From NCBI GenBank assembly GCA_001275005.1, contig JWZX01003205.1, positions 45,998 through 65,997 of the forward strand: 20,000 nt of DNA, written 5' to 3'. The notes beneath the pieces are model-generated. The model saw nothing but the letters and a program-made list of their open reading frames with translations. It had not been told where the DNA came from and ran no database searches. A program made the translations under genes and the position numbers. The stretch is from Chrysochromulina tobinii (taxonomy: Eukaryota). This document shows, in pieces, positions 1-9,822 of the stretch (its first letter is position 1; every line of letters begins with the position of its first letter).

Positions 1-892
1 CTGAGACGGCGGCGTGCTGAGAAGGCGCTGAGCACACGCGCGAACCGCGCACAAAAGAGCGCATGTGTGGGTACATTAAGCCTGTGGCGGGCACCAATCG
101 GTCCTCGAGGCCCCGCTCTTCTGCAGCCTTTCTGCTCGTGTTGCTTGCATGTGGTGAGTTGAGGGAAGAGGGAAGTCGTAGATGGGCGTACCCGGTGTAT
201 GGGCTGACTGTTCGACGTGCATGTTCGTGGGGGGTGGAGGCTGCGTCACCGTCGCGCGTCAGGACCACACCTCACAGAAGTGGACGGGAAATAGCGCCGA
301 ACGATCTGCCTGTGTGCCTCTATGCTGGTGCTCGTGCGAGGTGCAGCGCGCGCTGTGTGACCGGCTCGGCTGTTGTCTCCGGCTGTGTGACGCTGACGGT
401 CACGTTGACCCTGTGTGTGTGTGTGTCTGAGCCACCGCACACCCCACAGCCACAGGGGTCAAGCGTCCAGTTCAGGGTCCAGTTAGCGTTCAGGGTCGTA
501 CTACAGTACTACGATCTGCGTATACATGATACTCAGAGCCGATGTCGGATGTGCCGTATAATTCTTATACGGAAGGGCGCCGTCGTGGGCATGTCGCGAT
601 ATCTTCACGTTTACAGGATGGCCCCCGCACGCGCACGAAAGACGTCGAACACACGGACACCCTATTCACACAAGTCAGACATGGATGGAATCGCACCCAC
701 ATCGCTCATCGGGGCATCGGCCCACCGATCCACATCTTGGTTGAACAGCGACGCAAACATGCACAAACAGCTTAAGGCTCACACGCAAGATAGCCACACA
801 GGTTCCGCGTGGAGGCGCCCATCATGGCGCCCACCTGAGCGGACCCTGAGTGCGCTCGCCGCGTGTATAAGATGAGGAGATCACGCGGGAGA

Positions 893-1809
893 TCACGGAG
901 GCCGCCGCAGGTGTTGGATGGCTGAGCCGTGCACGCCGCCGTACAAGGGGACTAAGATCGCCTCAGCCTCGGCCAGGTCGATGTTGAGCATGGCATCGAG
1001 CACTTCAGGCGGTGCGCCCGCAGCACAGCCAAGGGCGTGCGCGATCGCGTTCACATACACTCGCTCGCCAAAGATCGCGACGTATTGGCCTCCTCGCGGA
1101 GTGAGGAGCAGCCGTGGGGCCGCCATACCACGTGGCGAGACGGGCGGGAAGGGGCCCTGAGGGTACGCCACTGCGCCGTTGCCTTCTACTAAACCGGCGG
1201 CGGCGCGAGGGGAGAGAGGCGGCGGCATGACGCGTGGAGGGCCGCGCACGCGGCTGTTGAAGCTGGCCATCTGAGTGACCGACATGAGGCTGCGTGCACC
1301 GTGCGTGGCCATCCGCGCGACAGACCGCGCCGCCGACTGCGGCCGTACGCGCGCTGAGAGCGGTCGCGTTTCGGCGCGTGTCTCCGAGCCTCCCTTGGCC
1401 TTCTGCTCGGAGCGAACCGCCTCCATCAGAGCGCCGCACGCCCTCTCTGCATACCTCCCAAAGGCGTCTTCGCCACCTTCCATGTTAAGGTACTCACGCA
1501 GAGGACCTCGCCCATCTTTCTTAAAGACGAGTCCATCGCAGACGGGCTCGACGCCGGCAGCACGGAGCTTCTCGACGGGAATAATCTCCGGGTGATCGGC
1601 CGCGCCGCAGACCAGGTTCGGATCCGTCAAGTCTTCGAGCACGGCCATGTGGATGATCGTCTGGCGTGCGGCGAGCGACGGCGAGCTGAGGAAGCAATTC
1701 TTGCGCACGGGCAGCTTGTCAAAGAAGGCATTCTTGGCGCCCGCACATTGAGCTTCGCCCGTCGCGCTGAGAGCAGGGCCCACATTCATCGCAGCGGCAA
1801 GGGAGGGAT

Positions 1810-1851
<42 letters not shown>

Positions 1852-2812
1852 TTTCAGCACGGAGCCGCTCTTCGGCGGCAGCGGCGGCGGCGGGATTGTC
1901 AGTGAGCTTGACCCTCTTGCAGTCCTTATCATTGGCTTGGCTCACGAGCATCAGGTGCGTCGCGCCCAAACCGCGCATCGTCATCACAAACTCATTAGCA
2001 TGCCCCCGCTTGAAGAGTCTGTACCACAGGCTGCGCTGGTTTTTGGTGAGCAGCCGGTGCCATTTAGCAGTCTCCGCCTCAAACTCGGCGTCGCTCAGAT
2101 CGGCCCCAAAGTTGAGCATGCCCTGAACCCACTCATTTAGGTCTACCTTGCCATCGGAATTGCCCTGCTGGTCCAGCAATGCAAAGATGCCCGGCAGCAC
2201 CACATTGTCCTCGGTGCCCTCGGCCAGATGTCGGAACTCGCCAAGATCGACGGCGCCGGAACAGTCTGCATCCATCTTTCGAAATGTACCGGTCAGCTGA
2301 GCGGTGCGACGCTGGCGCGTCAGGATGTCCCTCCACTCAGCCGCAATCACTCTCAGCTGCTCGTCTCGCGTCTCACGCTCCACCTTGAACACGCCGAGCA
2401 CCCACATGTCCATCTTGATCGTGCCGTCTTCCCGTTCGGCCGCGGTCTCCTTCGCCCACTGCAAATATTCTTCCAGTTGCTTGCCGTTGTGAGCGGTGAG
2501 CAGGTCGACGATGAGCTTCGCATCTACCAGTTTTTGATCCCCCGATTGCGCCATCGACGTCGGCGCCGCGGGCATCTTGTCCCACGCGCTGAGCACGTAC
2601 GCCTTGCGCTTCATGTTCCCGGTCAGTCCCTCGCCGATGTCGTCTTTGTCTTGGTTGCCAGTGGATTGGACGGAGTTCTCAGGCGCGGTGATTACGTCTC
2701 CCGGCAGCCTAACCTTCTTGTAGAGCATGCTCGGGGTCGGCTGCTTCTTGAGCGTCGGCCTCCGCGTCGGCGGGGACTCGATAAGGGACTCGAGCGGGGG
2801 TTCTGCGAGCAT
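893..2812 (-). CDS. EF-hand protein with C-terminal degenerate histidine-phosphatase (PGM/SixA-fold)-like domain, about 639 aa
   Basis: Part of ORF 893..3160; likely start is the ATG at 2812 (MLAEPP), since the upstream part overlaps the next gene. Canonical EF loop DADCSGAVDLGEF (2234-2272) and a second loop DQQGNSDGKVDLNEW. C-terminal motifs THLMLVSQA, LSATGEAQC, LSSPSLAARQT and VAIFGE follow the order of histidine phosphatase motifs. Confidence 0.75.
1811..1849. repeat. (GGC)13 trinucleotide tract encoding poly-Ala
   Basis: Directly visible; in frame within the EF-hand gene. Confidence 0.95.
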
Positions 2813-2960
2813 GTCGCGTGTGAGAGAAAAGTGTCGGTCAACAGAAAAAGAAGACGAAACGGATTGCAAACGTGCATGCACACGCGCGCGCCAAGTGCGC
2901 GAAGCATGAATTGAGTTTCCTCGGTATACAATTTTGCACAAATTTTCATCAACCGGAAGT

Positions 2961-4919
2961 TCACCAACGACCGCGACCGCCACCCTTCCCTCGGCCACGC
3001 TCGCTACCACCGCCCCTGCCGCCTCCCCGTGCATACTCGCGCGGCGGGCGGATGAGGCACGAGTGCAGGTGGCGATCGAGGTAGTGATGGACAAGCACGA
3101 TCGCGTGTGACGCAAAGAGCACATCGCTCCCGAGCGAGACGCTGCGGACGGCCGAGCCACGCGCCGTCGCCTCGGCCCTTACACGCCTCTCCTCCTCCTC
3201 ATCGAGCCCTCGATCGTCCCCGAGAAGGACGACGACTCCACTCGGCGCCGCTCGGAAGGCCGCGGAGGATGCGAGCTCAGCACACAAGTCGCCAATGAAG
3301 ACGCCGCTCGCGCTCAGCAGCAGCAGCATCGGGGGCTCTCCCGGCTGATCCAAGGCCTTGCGCACGCATACCATCAAATCTCCCTCAGCCGAGCTCAGCC
3401 CACGTGTTTCGTCACGCGACCAGACGCCCACCGGCCCATCCTCGCCGGGCGGCGCGCCCGGCGCCACGCTCAACGCGTGCCGCGCCTTGTCTGCAAGGAC
3501 CTCCGCGGCCGCCGCGCCGCTGGCGTCCGAAACGGCGCGAAGACGCCGTGAGAGGGAGTGCTCATCGGGACGAAGGTCGCGCACTACGGAGCCACATACC
3601 TCGAGGATCCGTGCGCCGCGGCCTTCAACGATGGCGCCAGCGCCGCCCTTGGCGCCAGCGCCGCCCTTGGCGAAAGCACCGCCCTTGGTGCTGGCGGCCC
3701 CCATCTCCCCCATCTCCCCCATCAAGCAGAGCAGCACGCGCGAGTTCTGGCGCAGCGATTGCGATCGGAAGAGAGCGGCACTCACACATCGCACCCCCAC
3801 ATCTACCCGGCCTTGGCGCAGCGCCTCGCAGTCGAACGAAGGGCTCGCGCGTCGGAGTGGCACGATGAAGGTGCGCGTGAAGCAGCGCACGGGATGCGTG
3901 CCACTGCAGCACAGGAAGCGCTCCGTCGCGCCTAGGCCGAAGGTGCACGCGCGCGGCGTGTGGCCGCTCCGCCCGCAGAAGCCACAGACCAAGCCGGAGG
4001 CGGTGGCCACAGCGGAGGCGAGCACAGGGAGTACGCCCGGTTGGCCGTTGGACGCAACAAACGAAGCGTTGGCGCTCGCGGAGGAGCCGGCCCGGGCGCC
4101 ACCTTGGATGGTACCATTCGGATGCTTCGGTGGCGCCTCCTTGCTCTCCTCCTCCTCCTCCTCCTCCTCGTCCTCCTCGTCGTCGTCGTCCTCTTCCCCG
4201 GCCTCGCGTTTGCGCTTGGGCGGCCGCACCTCGCTCACACGCTCGTCGTCGGAGGGAAGGTGCAGCGTGCCCTTGGTGCCGTCCTCCTTGTAGCGCACGC
4301 GCACCTCACCGCTCGGCAGCACGGATTTCACCTTCGCCGCACGCCCGTCCACGCGCAGCCGCACCCCAGCCTCGAGCTGCGCATGCAGAGCACGCGGCGG
4401 CGGCGGCAGTGGTTTAGCCGCCGCGGCTTGTGGTGGGCTGGGCCGCGGCATCTCGGCCGCGGGCGCGTTCGGCTGGCCGAGTTCGTCGTGCACTTCCAGG
4501 AGGCTCGCGCGCAGTTCGCTTTCGCGGCTGACCTTGGCACGTTGCCGGTCGTCCAGCTTTTCGCCACGGCCTGCCTTCGCGTTCAGCTCCTCAATTTCGC
4601 GCAGCTTCTTCTCGATCGCGCGGCGCTTGGACTGAGTCGACCCCGAAGCAGCAATGGCGGTAGTCGCGGCCTCAGGCTGGTGCATGGAAGCGGTGGCCAC
4701 GCTCGCAATCTGCGTGGAAGACTTCGGCCGTTGGGCAGCTGAAGGCTCTTGCCGTCGGGCAGCTTCCAGGGTCGCTCGGACCTCGGCCTCACGCCCCAGC
4801 TTCTCTCGCTGCGCGGCGTCCAGCTCGAAGCCTTGCTGCACGCGCTGGTGGAGCTCTTCGATGTGACGAAGCTTCTTCACCAAAGATTTTATCCAAGATG
4901 CGTGGCTCGAGTCGGCCAT
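2961..4919 (-). CDS. Multidomain TrmY-like (pseudouridine N1-methyltransferase, SPOUT) protein with 2 PYM/eIF2A-like helical repeats, Tudor/SH3-like segment, CCHC zinc knuckle and RGG tail, about 652 aa
   Basis: Likely start ATG 4919 (MADSS). The C-terminal domain (about 3066-3881) has RTFIV, GRVDVGVRCVSAALFRSQSLR, LRPDEHS, LLGDDRGLDEEEE and VSLGSDVLFASHAIVLVHHYLDR, matching the remembered TrmY consensus (R.F; GR.D...RCV..A.F.SH..R; PDER; GDH.G..EE; ISL....L.A.H.I.I.H..LD). CGFCGRSGHTPRAC is CX2CX4HX4C. Ends RGGGRGGGSERGRGKGGGRGRW. Confidence 0.85.
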   Translation of the reverse strand: MADSSHASWIKSLVKKLRHIEELHQRVQQGFELDAAQREKLGREAEVRATLEAARRQEPSAAQRPKSSTQIASVATASMHQPEAATTAIAASGSTQSKRRAIEKKLREIEELNAKAGRGEKLDDRQRAKVSRESELRASLLEVHDELGQPNAPAAEMPRPSPPQAAAAKPLPPPPRALHAQLEAGVRLRVDGRAAKVKSVLPSGEVRVRYKEDGTKGTLHLPSDDERVSEVRPPKRKREAGEEDDDDEEDEEEEEEEESKEAPPKHPNGTIQGGARAGSSASANASFVASNGQPGVLPVLASAVATASGLVCGFCGRSGHTPRACTFGLGATERFLCCSGTHPVRCFTRTFIVPLRRASPSFDCEALRQGRVDVGVRCVSAALFRSQSLRQNSRVLLCLMGEMGEMGAASTKGGAFAKGGAGAKGGAGAIVEGRGARILEVCGSVVRDLRPDEHSLSRRLRAVSDASGAAAAEVLADKARHALSVAPGAPPGEDGPVGVWSRDETRGLSSAEGDLMVCVRKALDQPGEPPMLLLLSASGVFIGDLCAELASSAAFRAAPSGVVVLLGDDRGLDEEEERRVRAEATARGSAVRSVSLGSDVLFASHAIVLVHHYLDRHLHSCLIRPPREYARGGGRGGGSERGRGKGGGRGRW

Positions 4920-5125
4920 TGCGCGCGGGGGGCGACGTGGGAGGCAGACGTGGGAGAAAAAAGCCTCAGTGAGTGCGCCTTTTTGGGTAAGTTTCGCTGC
5001 AAACGAAGCACCAAATTCGTGATCATGTCCGAGCACTCCCCAAGCCAGCAAGCAAGCACGATTCGATACCGCTTAAAATACCGCTTAATTTCCAATGTTA
5101 ATTTCGACAAAGTGAAGCGCAACCC

Positions 5126-6465
5126 CTACGCAACCCCCCCTTTCCCGAACTGTGGCGTAGGATTCCAACGGTAGTACCATTGTACCGAAATCATCGTGAC
5201 CCCGCAAGACTGCTCCTTGTACCACCCCGCCCTTGGGGGCTTGAGCAGCATCTCCTCCCACAGCAACGTGTTGGCCTCCTCGCCGCAGTCGCCGCTGCCC
5301 TCCTTGGTCATCAGTGTCACGTTGTGGTGCGTGTTCATCGTGTACCAAGAGTGCTGCCGGTAGAATTGGCATGCATAGTGCCAGCTGTGCTTCTGGTCGC
5401 CAAAGGGCGTAACGGTCGGATAGGGCACCGTGCGATGACTCGTACGCGCGGCCCAGTCAAGGAGAGACCAATTGGGCGGGAACCGCACCCGTCGCAAAGA
5501 GTGCCCCGGAGCAGCGCGTTCAGCCTGCGCAGGTGCTCCTGACGGGGTTGGGCTCCGACGTTCTCCGTCGGTGCAGACACCACAGTGTACGTGAGAGACG
5601 CGTTACTCTGATCGAGCAACGGCCGCCACACGTTGAGTACAGCCTCCCTCGTGGCATTCAAGTGGTGCTTGGCGCCGCACGCGCCGGTGAGGTGCCAGTA
5701 CGCTGGAGCAAAGTAGACGACGTGCCGCCACGGCGTGCTCATCAGCAAGGTCGGGTGCACCTCCTTGGCCGCGTCAGGGAGCATGTACGTGCACGGTGCC
5801 CAGAAGAAGCCGATCGCCGTGCTCTGCACCCTTGGCAGCGGCGGCGACCACCTCTGCTGACGCAAAGAGGCTGCCACGGCGGCACTGGCCGAGACGCTGT
5901 GCCACTCGGAGAGCACCCGCTCGGCCGCCCAGTCGAAGACGGAGCGTGTCGGCCTCTTCGTGCTCGAGTTAGTGGCCTTCTTGGGAGACTCGGACGACAG
6001 GCGTTGCGGAGCAAGCCAATCAAGAGACAGGTGTTGTAAGCCGTAGCCGTCCGCGACGCGCGCATACGAGGGCGATCCCGGCGGCATCGGCGCCATGTAG
6101 AGCTCATACCTGGCGGCCATGCAGCCTCGCATGGCCATGCGTCGGCCGTGCAAGTTGAAGTCGACCACGGGAAGGTCCGGTCCGCGCAGCCTAGTGACAA
6201 GCGTGATGAAAGCTTGCCGCGACATACTGTCACCCACAATCGCGAGCGGAGCAGCGAGCAGCGCGTCGATCAGACTTGCCTGCCGGCCATGTCGCCTCCG
6301 GCTGATGAGGCTGGAGTGAGCAAGGCAAAGAGGGCACTGGCTAATGGAGTTGCGATCGCCTGCGCATCGCGTACTGCTTGCACCGCAAGACTGTGGACGG
6401 TACAGGACGCGACGGACTTCTGGAAATATGCACTTGCATTCGCTGGCGGTCACGACGTCGGCCAT
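5126..6465 (-). CDS. SGNH/PC-esterase (TBL-like acyl-esterase/transferase) protein, apparently frameshifted near 5485-5510
   Basis: ORF 5335..6465 has LAIVGDSMSRQAFITLV (GDS nucleophile motif) and LRRLNALLR. The overlapping ORF 5126..5497 continues with SLLDWAA...DQKHSWHYAC...ANTLLWEEMLL, resembling the missing SGNH C-terminus. Confidence 0.6.
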
Positions 6466-6636
6466 TATTGGTTCCTAGGTCTAACTATCCTAAAATGGAA
6501 GATTTGTCTTTCACAGGACGTTCAGAAGACAGGAATCCACGAATTGGTTTACAAAACAAGATTCTCCACCTTGCCACAGCCGTTGAGCTGGTAATCAAAC
6601 CACGCATGCGCATGGTGTCGCCTCGATGAAGATCAG

Positions 6637-9525
6637 CTAATATCCGCAATCCCAACTCGTTTCACAGGAGGCAGCTCTCAGGAGAGGCGCGCTTTCCTGC
6701 GCGCTGCGGCACAGCTCTTCGAACCGAGCGCGCACGTGCTCGGCGGTGTAGCTCACGTCGATGACGCCATCGCGCATGAGCCGCTCACGCGCGACCTCAT
6801 AGTCGCCGCCCGTGCCGGGGTCGGTCATGACGATGAGGATCGCCCGGTCGCTCTCAATCGTCGGCTGGTCGAACGGACAGAGAGCGACTGGCTCGTCATC
6901 AGAGTCCGACAGCGCCGCAAGCGCTGCGCCCGGGATGTACGTGGTATGCCTGCTCGCAGCGCCGGCGGCGGTGAATACCGACGCCGATGGCGCGCCATCG
7001 CTGCCGACCGCGACAGCTGTGGGCTGTTGCGGGGACGGCGGCCGCAAGGGCGGCCGTGAGCGTGAGCGCCGCCGCCCGCCGCCGGCGCTGCCCCCTGCTG
7101 GCTCCTTGCTCCTTTGAGCGACTGTAAGGCCAGCCGCGCCGGTGCCCGGATGCGCTGCCACGGCGCGTTGAAGCGGCGGTGGCGGCTGCGGCGGCGCGCC
7201 CGGCGGCAGCAGCAGCGGTGGTGGCTCCGATTCGGGCGGCGGCAATGCCCCAAAGACGCTTGGAGCCTGCGGAAGCGGCAGCTGTGTCGAGGCTCCGGCC
7301 GCGGCGACTCTCGCCGCCCATGCCGCCTCAATCTCCTGCTCAGTGCGCCCGGGCAAGAGACGGTGTCGTATGGTCACCCAATCTAGGCCGTGCTGGGCCA
7401 CGCCCCACTCGACCAGCGCAATCTCCGCACGCCCGAGCTGCGCCAGCGCGCAGTCCAAGCGCGCTCGTTTGATCGGGTTCGGCTCGGCGCGGCGCGCGCT
7501 CCGCGCCTCATACCGTTTGCGGAGCGCCGTGACGGACTTACACGGCAACAGAAAGGCGCGGATGGCCTCGAAGCGCTCGGGGCCGTAGCGCATGAGGCCG
7601 GTCGCGAGCAAGTTATCCTCAGCCGCGCTGAAGCGGGCCGCGGGGGCGCCGCCGCCGCTACTCGTGGAGTCGCGTCGAATCCCGTAGTGCCGATTGAAAA
7701 AGGGCGCGAACCGCGCGAGCTCCGCCTTCGCGTCGAAGGTCTCGGCACCCACCGCTCGGGCCGCGCTGTCGCGGGCGGAGGCCGTGTCGGCGTCGTAGAC
7801 GCGCTTCAAGCCACACCTGGTCGTGAGCAGCTCGGGCAGCAGGTGGAATCCCGGCATGTGGAAGATCGACAGCATGGACGCGTTCGCTGTCGGAGTGCCA
7901 CCCAGAAGCTGGCGCAGCCTCGTGGGCGGCGCCGATCCGCCGGCTGCTCCTCCCGCGCCGCCCGTGGCGGCTCCGGCGAGCTGTCCGGTGAGCTGGAGTG
8001 GCGTGGCATACTTGGGCCGCGTGCGCAGCTGCTTGTGCGCGATGGTCACGTCGCAGTGCGTGCAGAGCTCTGTGAGGAGCGAATACGCGAGGAGCGCTAC
8101 CTGTGCAAAATGGGGCTCCTGCTTCATAGCCGCGCGCGCGATGACCAGCGTCTGCACCAGCAGCTGCATGTGCACATGCATCTGGATCTGCAGCGTGCGC
8201 AGCTTCTCAGCACTAAAGGGGCGTGTCAACGGCGCGCCCGCCACGGCGCCCGCTACGCGTGCGCCTCCGCCGCTGCCGCCGCTGCTGCCGCCACCGATCG
8301 CGCCGGTGCCGGCAGGGCCGGGGCCGCCGGGGTGCGCTCCATGGCTCGTGAGGGAAGGCGTGGGGCTGGTGCTGCCGCCTGCCATGGGATGGCGTGCGGC
8401 AGCGCCCACACCGCCGCCGCCAAGGCCGCCAAGGCCGAGGGCCCCTGCAGGGCGCAGTGCAGGGCCACGGCCTAGGGGTGAGGCGCGGCCGTCGCCAAGA
8501 GCGTAAGGGCGGGGCAAGAGGCGGCCGAGGGGAGATCCGCGACCATCGGCGCCGGTGCCGCTCGCGCCACCGTGCGGGTGTCGTTCCGAGCGCTTCGTCT
8601 GCTCATTGACGACCTCGCGCAGCTCATCAATTGGGTTCTCCAGGTCGGCAAACTCCTCCTCGACCTCGTGAAGTCGTGTCTCGTCCGCCGCGTACACGTA
8701 GTCCTGATCCTCCTGGTCATCGTCCTCGTCCTCCTCCTCTTCGGCACGCTGCCGGATACCCATCAGGAAATCGCGCCAGTCGCCCTCGTCCTCCTCGTCC
8801 CCCTCGTCCTCGTCCTCGCTCCCGTACCGACGCGCCCGACGCGGCGAGGCTCTGGGCGAGGGCTCGATGAGCGCCGCCTCGAGCGCTTCGAGCTCCATCG
8901 TCTCCAGAGAGAGCTGGGCGCGAGTCCGCCGGGCGATGGCCGCGGGTGCCTCGGCAGGTGGTTCGGCGCCGGGGGCAGTGTCAGAGGCGCCGGCAGTGCC
9001 GGAGGCAACGGTACAGGCGGCGGAGGCTGCGTGTTCCTCGTCCTCCTCATCATCGTCGTCATCCTCCTCGCCACCGTCCACATAGTCGTCGTCGTCCTCG
9101 TCATCCTCGTCACCACCACCCTCCTCGACGGCTCCACGTGGCGTGCCCGGCACGATGTGCTGCGGCGTCCCACCACTCTCAGCTTCGCTGGTCGACGCAT
9201 CAGCGCTCTCATCGTCGTCCTCGTCCTCATCGTCGTCGTCCTCGTCATCATCCCTGTCGTCGTCCTCCTCTTCGTCCTCCTCACCTTCCTCATCACTCGC
9301 GTGCCAGTCATCGTCTTCGCCGCCGTCCGCGGCTGAGCCGTCGGCGTCGCTCTCTGCTGCTCCACCATCTTCATTTTCTGACTCCTCCTGCTCGTCCTCG
9401 TCATCGTCTTCCTGGTCGTCCTCGATCTCCTCCTCCTCGTCGTCATCTTCGTCCGCATCCTCTGCCTCGGCAGCAGCTGGATCCCAGTCGGCATCCTCGC
9501 GCGCTTCACCCACTCCAATCGTCAT
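6637..9525 (-). CDS. GON4L/YY1AP1/DUO3-like Myb/SANT-domain nuclear protein, 962 aa
   Basis: Acidic N-terminus; AIARRTRAQLSLETMELEALEAAL; LQIQMHVHMQLLVQ; FSAAEDNLLATGLMRYG...IRAFLLPCKS...NPIK; second Myb-like repeat GVAQHGLDWVTIRHRLLPGR; C-terminal SDRAIL...EHVRARFEEL. These match the blocks conserved in GON4L/Mute/DUO3. Confidence 0.8.
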   Translation of the reverse strand: MTIGVGEAREDADWDPAAAEAEDADEDDDEEEEIEDDQEDDDEDEQEESENEDGGAAESDADGSAADGGEDDDWHASDEEGEEDEEEDDDRDDDEDDDDEDEDDDESADASTSEAESGGTPQHIVPGTPRGAVEEGGGDEDDEDDDDYVDGGEEDDDDDEEDEEHAASAACTVASGTAGASDTAPGAEPPAEAPAAIARRTRAQLSLETMELEALEAALIEPSPRASPRRARRYGSEDEDEGDEEDEGDWRDFLMGIRQRAEEEEDEDDDQEDQDYVYAADETRLHEVEEEFADLENPIDELREVVNEQTKRSERHPHGGASGTGADGRGSPLGRLLPRPYALGDGRASPLGRGPALRPAGALGLGGLGGGGVGAAARHPMAGGSTSPTPSLTSHGAHPGGPGPAGTGAIGGGSSGGSGGGARVAGAVAGAPLTRPFSAEKLRTLQIQMHVHMQLLVQTLVIARAAMKQEPHFAQVALLAYSLLTELCTHCDVTIAHKQLRTRPKYATPLQLTGQLAGAATGGAGGAAGGSAPPTRLRQLLGGTPTANASMLSIFHMPGFHLLPELLTTRCGLKRVYDADTASARDSAARAVGAETFDAKAELARFAPFFNRHYGIRRDSTSSGGGAPAARFSAAEDNLLATGLMRYGPERFEAIRAFLLPCKSVTALRKRYEARSARRAEPNPIKRARLDCALAQLGRAEIALVEWGVAQHGLDWVTIRHRLLPGRTEQEIEAAWAARVAAAGASTQLPLPQAPSVFGALPPPESEPPPLLLPPGAPPQPPPPLQRAVAAHPGTGAAGLTVAQRSKEPAGGSAGGGRRRSRSRPPLRPPSPQQPTAVAVGSDGAPSASVFTAAGAASRHTTYIPGAALAALSDSDDEPVALCPFDQPTIESDRAILIVMTDPGTGGDYEVARERLMRDGVIDVSYTAEHVRARFEELCRSAQESAPLLRAASCETSWDCGY

Positions 9526-9822
9526 TGAAACTCGCGCACTTCCGCGAAACTTGGGACATTTTCACAGCCGATGTGTGTGAAACAACTCGTTCAGACGGGA
9601 CCATCTCCCTCTCGCTAGCCCCGCACGTTTGGACCAGCCTCCTGTGTACACACTGCTAGTGTGACTGCTTCACAGAAAGCACGTACAGGTTTCGTTTGCG
9701 CACCGCCAAACCCAAACCTACCGTACGGTTCGATCACACCTCCTACATCTCACCCTTCTACCCACTCTCGTTTCTCGGGACTTGTTTCTCGATCCTCGAA
9801 AGCACGATGGCGTTCGGACGAA

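Noticed and set aside
468..500. ttcaggg motifs resembling telomeric repeats
   Set aside because: Only two imperfect, non-tandem copies.
63..875. 270-aa plus-strand ORF
   Set aside because: Runs through a (TG)n microsatellite and has no recognisable motif or protein-like composition; probably non-coding.
2813..3160. N-terminal extension of the 755-aa ORF
   Set aside because: Overlaps the TrmY-like gene end on the same strand and crosses an AT-rich spacer; ATG 2812 is more plausible.
6736..9659. Many long overlapping alternative-frame and antisense ORFs
   Set aside because: Expected shadows of GC-rich, low-complexity coding sequence.
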